Source: Asterias rubens
Taxonomy: Eukaryota
Length of the DNA: 64,000 bases
Reading direction: 5' to 3'
Assembly (NCBI RefSeq): GCF_902459465.1
Contig: NC_047062.1
Span: 15,934,001-15,998,000, forward strand
This document shows, in pieces, positions 11,623 to 24,782 of the stretch. Position 1 is the first letter of the stretch, and every line of letters begins with the position of its first letter. Made by a program: the position numbers and the translations under genes. A model generated the notes under the pieces. The model searched no databases and was not told where the DNA came from. It was given only the letters and a program-made list of their open reading frames with translations.

Positions 11623-12873
11623 TTAAGATAAGATGAGAACTTTTATTATCCTTCACTGGGGAAACTAAAACTGGCCTTGATTCAAACAGTACAGACAAAA
11701 AAACTAAAAATTGTATTTCAATAAACAGACAGATTAAAATATTAATTAAGAATATCAGGTATAAAAATAATCATGTTTCCGGAATGGATTAAAAATAATG
11801 CACATCAAATTGCATCTGGTCTAAAGATGGCATGAGCCTATTCATGGTTACCCTTTCTTAATCATTATTTCACTGGTCAGAGGTTAAAGCCACGATCGAA
11901 GATCGTTCATCTCTCTGGTGCGGGTCGCTTTTTAGAAATAGGAACAATGGTTGAACATTTCCACAGGGTGGAAACAAGTTCCCAGTACATGTACAGTGAT
12001 AGACGCCTGGAAAAGCTTATGTAAAGGGAAAACTAACTGATTAGCACATAGCTTCAAAACTTCACAACTCACGCCATCCGGTCCTTTTGCTTTATGAGAA
12101 CGTTTAATTTGTAAAACAATTTCCGTACTTCCTCAACTGAAACCATTAAAATCATTTGTGGGAAAAGACCGAGCCAGATCAGCCACTTGTGTCTGTTCAC
12201 ATGCTGAAGTCAGTTTTATCAAAGCTGCACTATTTTGTTATCTTTGAACTCTGTCCAATTCATCATGAATAAGGAGATTGCCATCAATGCAAATTAGCCT
12301 CCAGTCCCGTCCGCCATTTTGGGAGTCAACATGTACGCAAACCAGCCTCGTTCCCAGTGGGGAACTATCTGGCTGGTGGTTTTTTTTTTCTCACCCCTTG
12401 CCTTGATCGGCCATAAACCCTGGAGTTGTGACTTTGAAATACCCAAATATAATTGGATATTTCTTTAGTCCTGTGGTTGATCCACTTCTGTGCTGTCAAA
12501 TGCACAATTGTCCCCCTCATTCTTCTTTCGTCTTGTGAAAATGTTTTTGCGATTTAGTTAGTAAATTAGTGGTCTGCCGTTTCATCCCTAGCATTTATAC
12601 CATTACTACGTATTCTAAAGGTCCCTTTGGTTGGTAATGTATTAGCAGTATGCATATTTTTTCTATTATATACATTAATTACATATCCACTTCTGGTTAC
12701 GCCGCTGACCTCGCATAACAAAGTACGGCTTAAAGCAGGTACTGCAATATTTAAAAAAGACCTTCTACATAAAGAGAAAAAATTGTTGAAAGGCGACCAA
12801 GTGACCAATACAACGGTTGTTTGACTATTATGCACTTTCCGTGAACAATACTATCTTAACATCCGCTGGCTGA

Positions 12874-13110
12874 AAGGGACACGTTGCCTTGGGTCGGGCG
12901 AGTTGACCAGAGTTTACACACAAGTATGCCTCGAAATTGCATGGTTTTCCTTACACGTAGTGAATTGACACAGCACGCCATTTTGTGTATAGTCAAGTTT
13001 AGTTCGCAAAGTAAAAGGAAAACCACGCAATTTCGAAGCATGTTTGTGTGGATCAGTAATGTTCTACTTTTAAAACATCTTTCTAATGCATTTTATAACA
13101 ATCGGTTTTA
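12874..13110. mobile_element. Kolobok-like MITE family B, degraded
   Basis: aaagggacacgttgccttgggtcgg..., homologous to 13338-13706. Confidence 0.7.
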
Positions 13111-13337
13111 AAATCTTGTCATAGCCGTCCGATCCAACGAAATGTTTCTAACGGCAAGAGATTATTCAAGTTTTACGCTGAAAATCTTTCGAAAACTGGT
13201 CTAATCTAATTTTTATTTACAGGCTGTCGCAGTTTGGATTATTTTCAACAAGAAAGATGAACAATGATTGTTAGAATTAGTTCCTCGAGTTGGTACCGAT
13301 TATGTAAAACTTCAGCCCGTGCCTAATGAACCGTTAA

Positions 13338-13706
13338 AGGAACACGTTGCCTTGGATCGGTCGAGTTGGTCTTTGAAAGGTGTTTGAAACCGTTTGTTAT
13401 AAAATGCAGATGGTTAGATAGATATTTTAAAAGTAGAATACAATGATCCACACAAAATGTGCCTCTAAATTGCATGGTTTTCCTTTTACTTTGCGAACTA
13501 ACACGGTCGGCCAGACTCCCATAAATGGCCGACCGTGTTAGTCGACGTGGTAAAAGGAAAACCACGTAATTTCGAGTGATACTTGTGTGGATCATTGTAT
13601 TCTACTTTTAAAATATCTCTCTAATCCTAATCATATGCATTTCATAACAAACGGTTGCAAACGCTTTTCAAAGACCAACTCGACCGATCCAAGGCAACGT
13701 GTTCCT
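13338..13706. mobile_element. Kolobok-like MITE family B (near-complete palindrome)
   Basis: TTAA|AGGAACACGTTGCCTTGGATCGGTCGAGTTGGTC...GACCAACTCGACCGATCCAAGGCAACGTGTTCCT|TTAA. Confidence 0.88.
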
Positions 13707-14584
13707 TTAAAACATAAAGAAGTAGATCTTTGTGCACTGATACAAAAACGAGTATCCACCATCAGCCCTTCCATCAAAAAAGGCGCGATTTTCCCTGGTA
13801 ATAAGTTCGCTCCCACGAAATGCAATTTACATAGTCCATTCGAAGAGTCTATGACGGGCCTACGATTCATACAAATAAGCTGTGATCAAAAACTGTAGGC
13901 CTATATACTCGTTTTTTTAAATAGGTTTTTGTCCCGTTTGTTGACAACTTTATGTCAGTACAACCGGAATGTGTATTTGTTTGTTGTTGTTTTCGAAACC
14001 TTTCCGGTATTGTACAAAAACAAGAGGTGGTGTGATTTTGTTCAAACAAGAAACGTTGATTTTATGTGCCAATGACCTCATCATGCCGTCTTTGTTCAGG
14101 GGCCGTCTCACGCTGATGTTCAAATACTCGAGTTTCAAGGCTGAATTCAGTTTGGTTTTTGGTTTACGAAGCGTTGGGGAGGACGAGAAATAGTGAATGT
14201 CTCGAAAACCTCAAAAAAAAAAAAAAAAAAAATACGTCTTCAGCTGAAAGCCGAGCGCCTAAAAAGTGCAAGTCTCGGGCATAGTCAACCTTCCGGGTTG
14301 GTCCCAATTGAGTTTAACGTGTGCGCGTTTCTGCTTCTACTTCACTTTAGTGAAACAAAGTTTATTGGCTGTATTATGGCCTACAAATTATACAAACATT
14401 ATGGGGAAAGTACAATTTATTTAGACATATGGAAGTTACCAAAGGTTTTGTAACAACATTCTGAAGAAAACTCCAGAATAAGACAGCTTCTGGCTACTTA
14501 TAAAAAGTAAGAATTTTGTCCTACACTATCATTCAAGTTCCCATAATGGGATGTCTAACAAATCTAGGCGTTTCAAATGGGGCC

Positions 14585-14754
14585 ACTTCAGTAAGCATGA
14601 TTATCTTTATTTTGTTGTTATTTATTACTTCAGTAAGCATGATTAACTTTATTTTTTTGTTATTTATTACTTCAGTAAGCATGATTATCTTTATTTTGTT
14701 GTTATTTATTACTTCAGTAAGCATGATTATCTTTATTTATGTTGTTATTTACAG
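14585..14754 (+). repeat. 42-bp minisatellite (4 units) ending in the MCT exon 2 acceptor
   Basis: Unit ACTTCAGTAAGCATGATTATCTTTATTTTGTTGTTATTTATT at 14585, 14627, 14669 and 14711. Confidence 0.95.
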
Positions 14755-14898
14755 GACCATTTTCTGGACCGCTTGAAGCTCGATTTGGGACCCGCGCTGT
14801 GATAATGAAAAGTGGTCTGATGATCGGTACATCACTCATCGTGTCTTCCATGTCAACTAGTATTGTTCAGCTTGCCGTAACTCTTGTTGTGTTGTCAG
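14755..14898 (+). CDS. SLC16/MCT-like, exon 2
   Basis: Acceptor tatttacAG. (G)PFSGPLEARFGTRAVIMKSG...VVLS. 144 nt, phase 1-1. Donor GTATAC. Confidence 0.9.
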
Positions 14899-15104
14899 GT
14901 ATACATGTTTCTCTTTTGTTTCATTTCGACGTAAATTGTTTAAATTTCTGAATAACATTGATAGATTTCCTCGTTCGGGACTGAAAACGATGTATGACAT
15001 AATATGAAGACTTTGTGAAAATAAATTCTGCTTTTTGAAAGTTGCATGTTTAGTCAAACTGGTGTATTTTTAAAAAGGTTTGCGGTATTAAACACAATGT
15101 AATG

Positions 15105-15200
15105 ATAATCTCTAATTGAGTTGGGTGGTTCTGAAAAGAACCGTAGGTTTCAACTCAACGTTTCGATCATGCTCTGATCGTCTTCCGTGGAACGCTGGAC
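15105..15200 (-). mobile_element. Hammerhead-core-bearing repeat, copy 2 (MCT intron 2)
   Basis: Minus strand: CGGAAGA-C-GATCA-gagca-TGATC-GAAAC-GTTGA-GTT-gaaacc...ggttcttttcagaaccacccaactc. Confidence 0.6.
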
Positions 15201-15325
15201 TCTGATAGTGATAGTGGAAGCTGCTTTTAAGCAGTATAATGATGATACGGATTAACTTGGTGATGTACGAAGAAATGTTTTTCTATTGGTAGAAGTAATT
15301 TGTTTGTGTCCCTTTCTGTATACAG

Positions 15326-16165
15326 CACCTGGTATAAGTTTTGCAAACATTCTAACCAGAGCGATGGTTGGACGTTGTTTTACTACTCAGTATGCCACAG
15401 CCAATGGTATCGGTCACACTGGACACCCATTGGCTCTCATTGTGTTCCCGCCACTCACTCAGCTGTTTCTAAATACATACGGCTGGAGTGGCTCAATGCT
15501 ATTATTTGGTGCCATCTTCTTGCACCTTGTCGTGTGTGGTGCTCTTATCCACAACCACGAGAGGAACAACGGGGGTGAATCATATTCTCCACTAAGAGAC
15601 GTAGATGCTGAAAGTGATACCAGACCTCTAGGAGACGAAGAGGCAAAAAGTGATACCAGGACTTGCTTTGATTTCGGAAACAGTTGCAGTCTCGGAAACT
15701 TCGGACTGGACATTCTGCGGACAGTTCCATTTTGGATCGGAACCATTCCGTATATCTCTAATCGTTTGGTGAACGACTTATGGGTTATTTACTTCGTAGC
15801 GCACGCCGAGGCGAATGGATTCTCTCTTGCAGACGCTGTGCTCTTCACCTCGGTTGCTGGAGTGGGTAATCTATTGGTCAAAGTCCTTCATGGTCCAATC
15901 GTAGACTGGGGTTGGATAAAATTAAGACCCATGATTGTATTGATGACGACTGTTGCAATGCTGTGTCTATTCGCGGATCCCTGGATGAACACCTTTTGGT
16001 TGATGCTCATTAATGCTGTAGTCTTCATGGGGACATCGGGTGCTCTGGGATCGCTAATTGATCTATACACGAAGGATTTACTTGGTGCAGACCAACTGGT
16101 GAATGCGTTCAGCTGGATGGGAGTCATGGGAGGATTTGCCACTTTTGGTCTTGGATTCTTCCCCG
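15326..16165 (+). CDS. SLC16/MCT-like, exon 3
   Basis: APGISFAN...ATANGIG...FPPLTQLFLNTYGWSG...NAFSWMGVMGG. 840 nt. Donor GTGAGT at 16166. Confidence 0.93.
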
Positions 16166-16486
16166 GTGAGTATGTAATGTAAACCCAGCCCGGTGGTTTA
16201 AAGTTACAATTTCTGATTAATTTTAATTCGCAAATTTGTTATTTTGTTTAATTTGTTTGTGTTAATTTGATTGAGTAAAGCTGTCTCTGGATGAATTTTG
16301 ACAGATTAGGCCTATTGCTGTTTAAAACGAAAACAAAAACTTAACCTTTTGCTGGTGGTTATTTTTCTCCTAATGGTGTAAATTTGATTATGTTTTGATA
16401 TTATTTACAACATCCGTGGTGTCAAGTTTTGACACACCAGTTTTTACAGTGTAAATGATACATGATACGTGTGATCTTTGTTTCAG

Positions 16487-16632
16487 GTTGGATCTACGAT
16501 GTGACAGGGAGCTACGACTTGGCTTTCATCTTGATGGGGTTTATCTGGTCTCTAACGATACTAGCCCTTGCTGTGGAATGGATGCTACTCAGGTGGGGGA
16601 CATCTCCCAAGAGAACCGGAAACGTGCCATGA
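16487..16632 (+). CDS. SLC16/MCT-like, exon 4 (last)
   Basis: Acceptor tttcAG. (G)WIYDVTGSYDLAF...RTGNVP*. The spliced CDS is 1314 nt (437 aa). Confidence 0.92.
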
Positions 16633-17098
16633 ACACTTCTAGCTCTAATGACAGTCTCATAGAGTTTAAAACAGTCGTCTATTTGAGTCGCAGTTTGAAG
16701 CCTGGTTCATTTCTGCGAATGAAAAGCGAATTTTGTTGACGCACATGCCATAGTGCCCTCGCAGCGAATGTTTCGTAGGAGCTTCGAACACATGTCATCA
16801 ATGTTACGATAGTACTCACTTCAAATTTGCGATTCTTGGGCTGACACCCCAACATGTGTTAATATCTGTACTTCTTATTAATGTCATTTCTACCTCCATG
16901 TTATTATATACCTCATATTTTTTATATAGAATCCTCTAATCTGATTGTTTAAAAATTGAGTAATTGAAAAAGCCTGGCTTCTCTTTCTGTCAAGATGACG
17001 TCATAGTTAACTACGCCCCGTGGCAATCGACTGTGCCCGCCCTGAAAATAACGGTCGCTAATAGGTCACTCCTACTATGCTCCTACAATGCACGTGTA

Positions 17099-17329
17099 CG
17101 ACTAGCGTTCCGTGTCACGTTAGGAGGAGTCAGTGTTTGTTGATTAGAAGATTCTAGGAGAATGCAATTTCTTGCCAACTGGCTGCTAGCTGGCAATAGC
17201 TTTTGCAATGTAATCATTTACTGTCTCTTCAACAAGGCATTTCGTAAAACAGCTAAGAAAATTCTCAGAGAGAGATTTCCCTACTGCAATAGATTGGTTG
17301 CACCATCCCATTTGAAAATTGCATTATAG
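17099..17329 (+). pseudogene. Rhodopsin-class (family A) GPCR TM6-TM7-helix 8 fragment
   Basis: RLAFRVTLGGVSVC*LEDSRRMQFLANWLLAGNSFCNVIIYCLFNKAFRKTAKKIL...IAL*. NSxxNxxIY is an NPxxY variant, followed by the F-R helix 8. In-frame TGA at 17141 where the TM6 Trp is expected. Confidence 0.75.
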
Positions 17330-19661
17330 CTTAACTAGGCCTATTAACCCACAGTTATACACAACAACACTGCTGGAACAAAACATTTAATGTAACTGTT
17401 CTGTTCTGCATTTCGCACAGGACGCCGTACGATTTTACTTGTAGACTTTACCTGTGAAATAATCCGCCTTCGGGGCGGGTGTGCACAATACAATATAATA
17501 CAATACAATACAAACCATTGACAATGGTTCAAAGTCTGTGAGACGGTAGGCCAATGACGGAGGTCAATCTGCAAGAGGGCGCTATTTGGGGCAATAATGT
17601 GTCTGTGCTTGGCACAGACATAAATAACCTGTCTGTGGTGCTAGGCCATCGGTTAAGCAATCTGAACAGCCGTGTCGGGTAGACGAAAAGCCACGATCAC
17701 AAACTTGAAACCAACTATAACTTGCCGCTTTGTGACACCAACAATCTGCTTGCTCTCATCGGACCTTATACCTATTTTATTAAATATCATTGGGTCTTCG
17801 TTTTTTTTTTTTTTAGACAAAAGCATCACAAACTAAAGATTGGTTATTCCCAATACACACGCTGTTTACCAGCCACGGACTAAAACGCAAAATTTGATAA
17901 AAATGGCTCTGATTATTCGTGCGGGTGCGAAGGTCTCTGTAATGCTTATGTACTTTCACATAGCTCTATAGACTTTCATCGTAGAAAAAGGACTTTCTCT
18001 TTCATTAATACCAGCCTGATGGAAATCAGTCAACTTATCAAAGTGCCTAAAAACTAACCAGGTTGTTTTATATCGACCAAATTGATAGAGAATGATCTCT
18101 TTCGTTGTGAAAAGTCGTTAGGCGACGGTTAAAATAATCCGTTTGCATGTGACCTCAGAGAACGGATGTCTTTGCATGGGGGTTGGGTCGGAAAAGACAA
18201 TTAATTTCCGGGTATTTCTTGAAAAAATTGAATAGTATTAGTGCGGTATGAGGGCGTCCATAAATACAGAACACTGAGGTTGAGCAGTCAGAACAAAAAT
18301 TTGGTGTGTCAGAACATCAAAGAAAGAATGTTTCCCTCATAAAGATTTGAGGTGTAGTGGCCTCCACTGCATCATTCAACAGTCAAAGAAGAAGTGATAA
18401 ATTGCATTGGCATTCACTGGTCAAAATAAGACGCTTCAATGAATAAGGTTACAAAGATCATTCAATTTAGTAAGCAAGACGCATAGATTTTATAAAAAAA
18501 AAAACAGTTTTCAAATGTATTTTTATCTCAAAGTTGGCAATTTTTTACGACAAGATTGCTGCACGTGGTCGGTCGGAGTCTGACCTGAACTTCTAAGTTG
18601 TTCATGTATTTTTGAATATTTTCCTTTTTGCAATACATCCTATAGGGGTTGTTTTAGTGGGGTTGCACCCCTAGGAGTGACAAAGATTAACGTTAATCCG
18701 TCTGACCCTCACCACAATAGTAATTTCAGACAAATATAATGGTAAAGATATTGTGCCATTTAATTTGTCGACAACTTTTAATCATGAATTATAAACGATT
18801 GAGGTAAAATTGAACACGCTTTTAATTGTTTAAACTCATCTGTCAAAAGATTTGTCAAAATGTCTTAAAGGGTTTTAATTAAAAAAAAACACAAAGATAG
18901 TCAAGGAGAGAGACGGGGCGGGGTGGGGGTCGAAGACAAAAAGGGGGGAAAACAAACCCTAGTGATCGCACAACAAACGTCCACTATCTACTTCTATTCA
19001 CCCAAAGGTCACAAATGGTTGACGTGTTAACATAGTACCCATATTAAAAAAAAAAAAAAAAACTTTTTTAAAAGAAATTAATAAAATTAATTGAAAAATA
19101 ATTGCAATGTCTGTAGGGGTGTTGTGATGATGTCTCTTCTTCGCTGTGATAACGGTAAAATTAAAGAGCGCCACCATGTGTGTATAAGTGGCCATGTTGA
19201 TCGGGTCACTTGCTTGGCCATCCAACAATCACATGCAACAACATACAACATGCACACACTACCACACAGTCACCAGCAAAGCAGCAGCCCGTCTATCTGA
19301 GCTCCAGACGGCATGCACCTCTGCTAAGTGCAAGCGATCGAGAGGGCTAGGGGCAGAACGTCGAATGTAAACAGTGTGTTCGCAGTGAAACAACGGTACT
19401 TAATTATCGTGCAATGGACAAGGGGATGATTCTTCCTCTATCCTGAATTTTAGCTAGGAGACTGCTATTATCTATTAAAACCTGCTTGCTGCAATGCAAA
19501 ACTCTTCTTCTGTCTTCATGCCTGCTGTGGTGGTGAGCAAAATAATATTTAACAATTAAATCCAATTTTAATCCAGTACTTGAACTTGTTCTTTGTTGTA
19601 CTATTTTATTGTATGCATTACATGCATGTGTTTAATTTCTACTTTCTACTGCTTCGATTGT

Positions 19662-19776
19662 ATGGTTAAAACTATGACTCCCGAGGTGATCCCCGGGGCG
19701 TTCTATTTTCCCGAGGCAAAGCCGAAGGAAAATAGAATCCTACGGGGATCACCGAGGGAGTCATAGTTTTAACCAT
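19662..19776. mobile_element. Palindromic non-autonomous element, superfamily unassigned
   Basis: 50-bp arms with 44/50 identity around a 15-nt centre, CGAGGCAAAGCCGAA. Confidence 0.8.
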
Positions 19777-20231
19777 TGCACGAGTAAAAACCGTCAATAC
19801 TTGTTTTATTGAACACCCCAAACATTTCTAAATACTGTACTACCGACCTACTACCGACCTACCGATGTAGTGTCATGTAATCCAAAATTAATGGTTACAG
19901 ACTATTAATTTATCATCCTCGTACATGCAACGGACGTCTGGGTACTGCACGCTGTGTGATAGTCTTTGGATTAGCGTGCGGCAAACCGATGCACTATCAC
20001 ATGGCCGTCATCTAGTAAAACTAAGACGTATCATGTGACGCGCTCTAAACCAATGAAAAGGCAGAATATTGGTAAGGGTTGCTGATTTGCAATGATTTTC
20101 AAATAAGGAAATCAAAAGAAAACTAAAACAAGACAAGAACCTACGGGAACTATGAGGTTTCTTTCATCATCCGTAGAGACGGAATGAATGGATAGCGGAA
20201 TGAACCTCAATAGTCCTAGGACTACTAATAA

Positions 20232-20366
20232 GGGATAACTTTCCGTATGGCGCCACCACTTTTTCACTCATTTTTACAAAAAAGGGATATCTCGTTGAGG
20301 TAAATTAGATACTATATTATTTCATTTCGAATGAAAAAGTGGTGGCGCCATACGGAAACTTTTCCC
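20232..20366. mobile_element. PIF/Harbinger (Tourist-like) MITE
   Basis: TAA TSD on both sides. TIR GGGATAACTTTCCGTATGGCGCCACCACTTTTTCA. A fragment of the same family lies near 11190-11218. Confidence 0.88.
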
Positions 20367-22066
20367 TAATATTAAGACCCAGCCCTGGCCGATAGGAGGC
20401 CAGTCAGTGGAACATGGGATATAAAAGTTCAGGTCTTAAAATACAACGTAGCTGTTTGAAACCGGCTGGGTCATACTATCGTAGCCTCTGTGATAAAGGT
20501 TCAATTTTAAGTAGAAGGCTAGGTAATTTATTACAGGGCTACGAATCTAACGCTTTTAACTGGCCCTTTAATTCCCATTTACTATTTAGTGTGTAATTTT
20601 TATGAGCATGCAATTGCAACTACTCAACGACTAGGTTAGGTATTCACACTAGATCCAAAAACTGGTGCAACCTTTAGGGCAACCTGTAACTCCGTTTTTG
20701 TGTGTGTTTTTTTTTTTTTTACAACTGTGGTCATACAGTACTAGTGCACTCATCAGTGAAGCCATGTGAGACCCTGTGTGATTGCTGATTTGCTACGATT
20801 TTCAAAACACCTAGCCTCAAAATGCCCCCAAATGACAAAAAAAACACCATGGAAACAATAGGTTGAAATTATTAATAGGGCCTATCAAAGATGCAACATT
20901 AGGCAAAGATTGTAGGCCTACTTGTGATAAATTTGTTTCTTCTCCAAATTGACGATGTGTAAGTCCACCACAAAAGAAGCCATGTCTGTTATTGTTAGGA
21001 TCGTCTTCTACAATTCTTGTCAAAGCCTGTTCAGCATCTGGAGAAGGCAATGAAGGGAATTAAGTTTTAGATGTGGGGGATAACCCCAGAGAATTATCGC
21101 AGGGGAAAACCAACGCAGTCAGGTAGGGACTGAAAACCCAATCCTCATAGTCCCCCCCCCCCCCCCAGTAGGATTTGATGCGGGGTCCCAGACGTGGAAA
21201 GCAAGGCAAGACACCACATGACAACCTTTCATTGAAAAATCCTTCATTGGATGCTTGGAATAGACGGGTGCCCGGCTTACTTTCATCGCTGTGCAATGGT
21301 AGGTCAGGGGTCAGGTTGGCCACTGATACATTATTGGTACAAAAAAAAGCACACTTGTTACAGGCGCTGCAGGAAGTGCCCATTCAATCATGAGCAATGT
21401 ATCTTGTACGGGGCGAGTGGTTTGAGAGAATGGTTTATTAGGAATTTAAAATTCATTCAAAAACTCTATTACAAAATTAGAAGATTCATATTTTGGGGGC
21501 GCGCAGCACTGGTCAAGATGGCTTGGTCACATGCCTCTCTGTCGCTCTGGTCATGGCCTTGGTGCCCCAGAATCTATTGATCGGTATTCACATTCCGATC
21601 TTTCGGATAATAAATCAATAATTGATTCAATTTTGGTTTGGGCTTTTCACCCTACGGGTTGTTTCTATATCACGCAATGTTTTGGCGTTACCTATAATGA
21701 TGTTATTGATTGCGTTTTGGTCTTTTGATGTATTACCGATTACTTTGCTCTTTCATCGAGAAATGTGCATGGAATTTCTTACCTAATTGAAAGGCTCACA
21801 TCTTACTTGTGCAATGTATGATTGTTTGCTTGTCTCATTATGCATGCCGTTTGTCTGCCAACACATAGGTAGAATTTTTAAAAGTTGGTCAAAGGTTTGA
21901 TAATGTACTGAATTGTAAAGGGATGATGCTTTTCAGACTGCTGGATCGATTTCATAGAGCTGCTTTGAAACACAAAGAAGAGCTAAGCACAGCAGCATTA
22001 TTGCTTACCAGAAAAGTTTACCAGCAAAAATGTTTTTTCAATGCTTACTTTTGCTAAGTATTTTAA

Positions 22067-22380
22067 ACACTGGACACTATCTCACTGAAAATTTGAGCTC
22101 AGTTGGTCGTTGAAGTTGTGAGATAATAATGAAAGAAAAAACACCATTGTCACACAAAGTGGTGTGCAATCAGATGCTTGATTTTGAGACCTCAAATTCT
22201 CAATCTGAGGTCTTAAAATCAAATTTGTGGAAAATTACTTCTTTCTCGAAAACTACATTACTTCAGAGGGAGCTGTTTCTCACAATGTTTTATACTATCA
22301 ACCTCTCCCCATTACTCGTTACCAAGTAAGGTGTTGTGCCGATACTTATTTTGAGTAATTACCAATAGTGTCCATTGCCT
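22067..22380. mobile_element. Kolobok-like MITE family A, internally deleted, opposite orientation
   Basis: Right TIR ...taattaccaatagtgtccattgcct|TTAA; internal sequence homologous to 11244-11622. Confidence 0.8.
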
Positions 22381-23810
22381 TTAATTGAGGTAATAGACTG
22401 AGCTGATTGCAAACTGCTTACAGGAATGGAAACAAATTAGTTAGACCATAGCAGAGACTTTCTTGAAGGCTAACAAAAAAACAAAACGAAAAAAAACTTT
22501 GTTAGAAAGACTTTGCCACAGTGTTGAAAGGCCTGGCCACTAACTCAATTTTGTTACTAACAAACACTAATTTCTCTGCTTTAAAGCAGCTCAATGAAAT
22601 TAAGCTTAGGTGTGCTTGGATTCACAAATCAAATACATGTATGATGTTCTAAGATTATTGGAGAAAGGGGAGAAATATGCATTTCTGGTGAATTGTACCC
22701 TTGCTAATGTAGCAGATAGTAACTTGGGTGGTAATTGTTTGTATAAAACTTTTGACAGCTGAACATTTATCACTATTATACATGTAGCTACATGGTTGAA
22801 TGTCCACACAATATTATTCCAGGCAATAATGCCTCCACGTATGCATGGAACTTCATCTTTTAGAGAGAAAGGCCATTTAAATTTTGTAAAGGAAAGGGCA
22901 TCATTAGAAAGATGTAGATGGGCAATTTTTTGAAGGACCACCAAAGCCAAGACTAGGGCAACAAAGGCCATGGTCTCTGCAGCATCCACGTTATTCCAGG
23001 CCTGCTTATAATGTTTCTACCTTTTTTCAATTCATAAATAGTTTTTTTTTTTTTTAATAAAAGTGCTTTGCCCCTACAGGTATACAAAGTTCAAAAGTAC
23101 TTTTTGTCATTTCCCAACTTTTGATTTGAACTTTTTTTATGTGACGTACATTGTAAATTTGTTATTGGATGTTTCTGTATGATTTGGAGTATTTATATTT
23201 AATTTCTACATGGTAGGTATTCAACCAAGAAAGAAAAAAATCCATGCGCTTATTGCTAATGATATATAGTGCAGTGACTCCATTATGTTACAGGCTTTAT
23301 GAAAATAAGTCGTTTGTTGCACAGCCACTTTTCTCAAGTACAGGGCTGTTTAGTGGTGGGAGGGTGAACAAAAAATAATGTTGAAATTAATTTTGTTGTG
23401 ACGGTTTCTTGTCCATTTTAAACAATTAATAATTTTTAGGTATTAAAGATAATATAAAAAAAATATATATTTTCATTCAGTACCCCTTTTTTCATTTCTG
23501 GCTTCAGAAAGGCAGCGCTGTTTCTTCAAATCTAACAACAGCCTGCTGTTCTTCTTACAACTGTACCAAATAAGTTTTTATAGTCGTTCACTTTTTTGAG
23601 TAAACTGAGTTCCAATTTGAAATGTACACCTTCCCTTAAGGGCAACTTTTAGACAGTAAGTTTATGTATTTGTGTCTATTTGTACCAAGTTTACTCCTAC
23701 CGTATGAAGTGGTGACATTTTCACATCATGGGTCGATTGCTTTGCTTGTGCAAGATTTATTGAAAAAAATAACCTTTTTTCATTGTTTCATTTGAAGGTT
23801 GGTTGACAAG

Positions 23811-24782
23811 ATGCGATTGACCATCGTGCGTGTAATGATCGGAGGTCTGGTATCTGTACTCATCATCCTACAGTTGGTGCACTTGTCCATGATCTCCTGG
23901 CTGGAGAATAAAGCCACGTCAATCAGCAATGGGCGCAGGTCCGCAGGCTCCGGGAGCCTACCCGGCAAACACAATCATTCCAGCCGTGACCGAACTAGAT
24001 CCCAGCACCTCGAGGCCAAGTTGGACACCACAGGTTCCTATAAAATCTATCATTCCTACATGAAGAGTGCTGCCCTCGTAAAGAGCAAGAGTCAGGAACT
24101 CCCAAACTCAGATGTGACCCTCATCACTCAGTGTTCAGTAAACAATTTATATCACCTTGTAGATCTTGTCGTACGATGGAAAGGTCCTCTCTCGGTTGCC
24201 GTTTTCTCCTTTGGACCAGATACAAGTACTTTTAATAATGTTTTATTTACGTTACGCGAGTGTTTTCCGGCCGTCAAGGAAAATGTTACGTTTCATCTTG
24301 TGCAACCCATTACTGAAATAACGGAGACTCTGAGCAGTGCCAAAGCACTGTCTTTCACTAAACTGTCGTGTGACACCATTTTAAATGACATCAAAGATCA
24401 GTCTTTGGAGTCGCCCCAGCAGAAGAACTACGCCTATCAGGTCCCGTACCCGAGTAACGTCTTGCGCAACGTGGCCAGGAGTGGCGCGCTATCCAGATTT
24501 ATATTTGTGGTTGACATTGACATGGTGCCGAGTGTGAACTTGAGGACTGAATTCCTGCATCTTTCTCGGAGTAGCATCATCTTGCAAGAGGAAACGGAGT
24601 ATTCCAAGAGGACGGCCTTTGTGGTGCCAGCGTTTGAGATGCGCGATGGTCAGCATGTGCCGCTCAACAAGGAAAGACTTCTTTATGATATGTCCCACTA
24701 TGGACATATCAGACCATTTTACATTGAGGACTGTTCGTATTGTCAGAACCATACTGACTACCATAGATGGGAGAATACCAAG
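23811..24782 (+). CDS. B4GAT1: Beta-1,4-glucuronyltransferase 1 (GT49), coding exon 1
   Basis: Type II N-terminal TM; DVTLITQCS, YPSNVLRNVAR, the DxD motif VVDIDMVPS, and FVVPAFE. An acceptor at 23796-23797 just upstream of the ATG implies an unlocated 5' UTR exon. Donor GTAAGA at 24783. Confidence 0.93.

Noticed and set aside
14516-14776. Hydrophobic repeat ORF (TSVSMIIFILLLFI)n
   Set aside because: It is a by-product of the intronic 42-bp array, out of frame with MCT exon 2 and lacking independent gene structure.
19200-19395. Possible B4GAT1 first (5' UTR) exon
   Set aside because: The composition is suggestive, but the donor is weak and nothing in the sequence links it to the acceptor at 23797.
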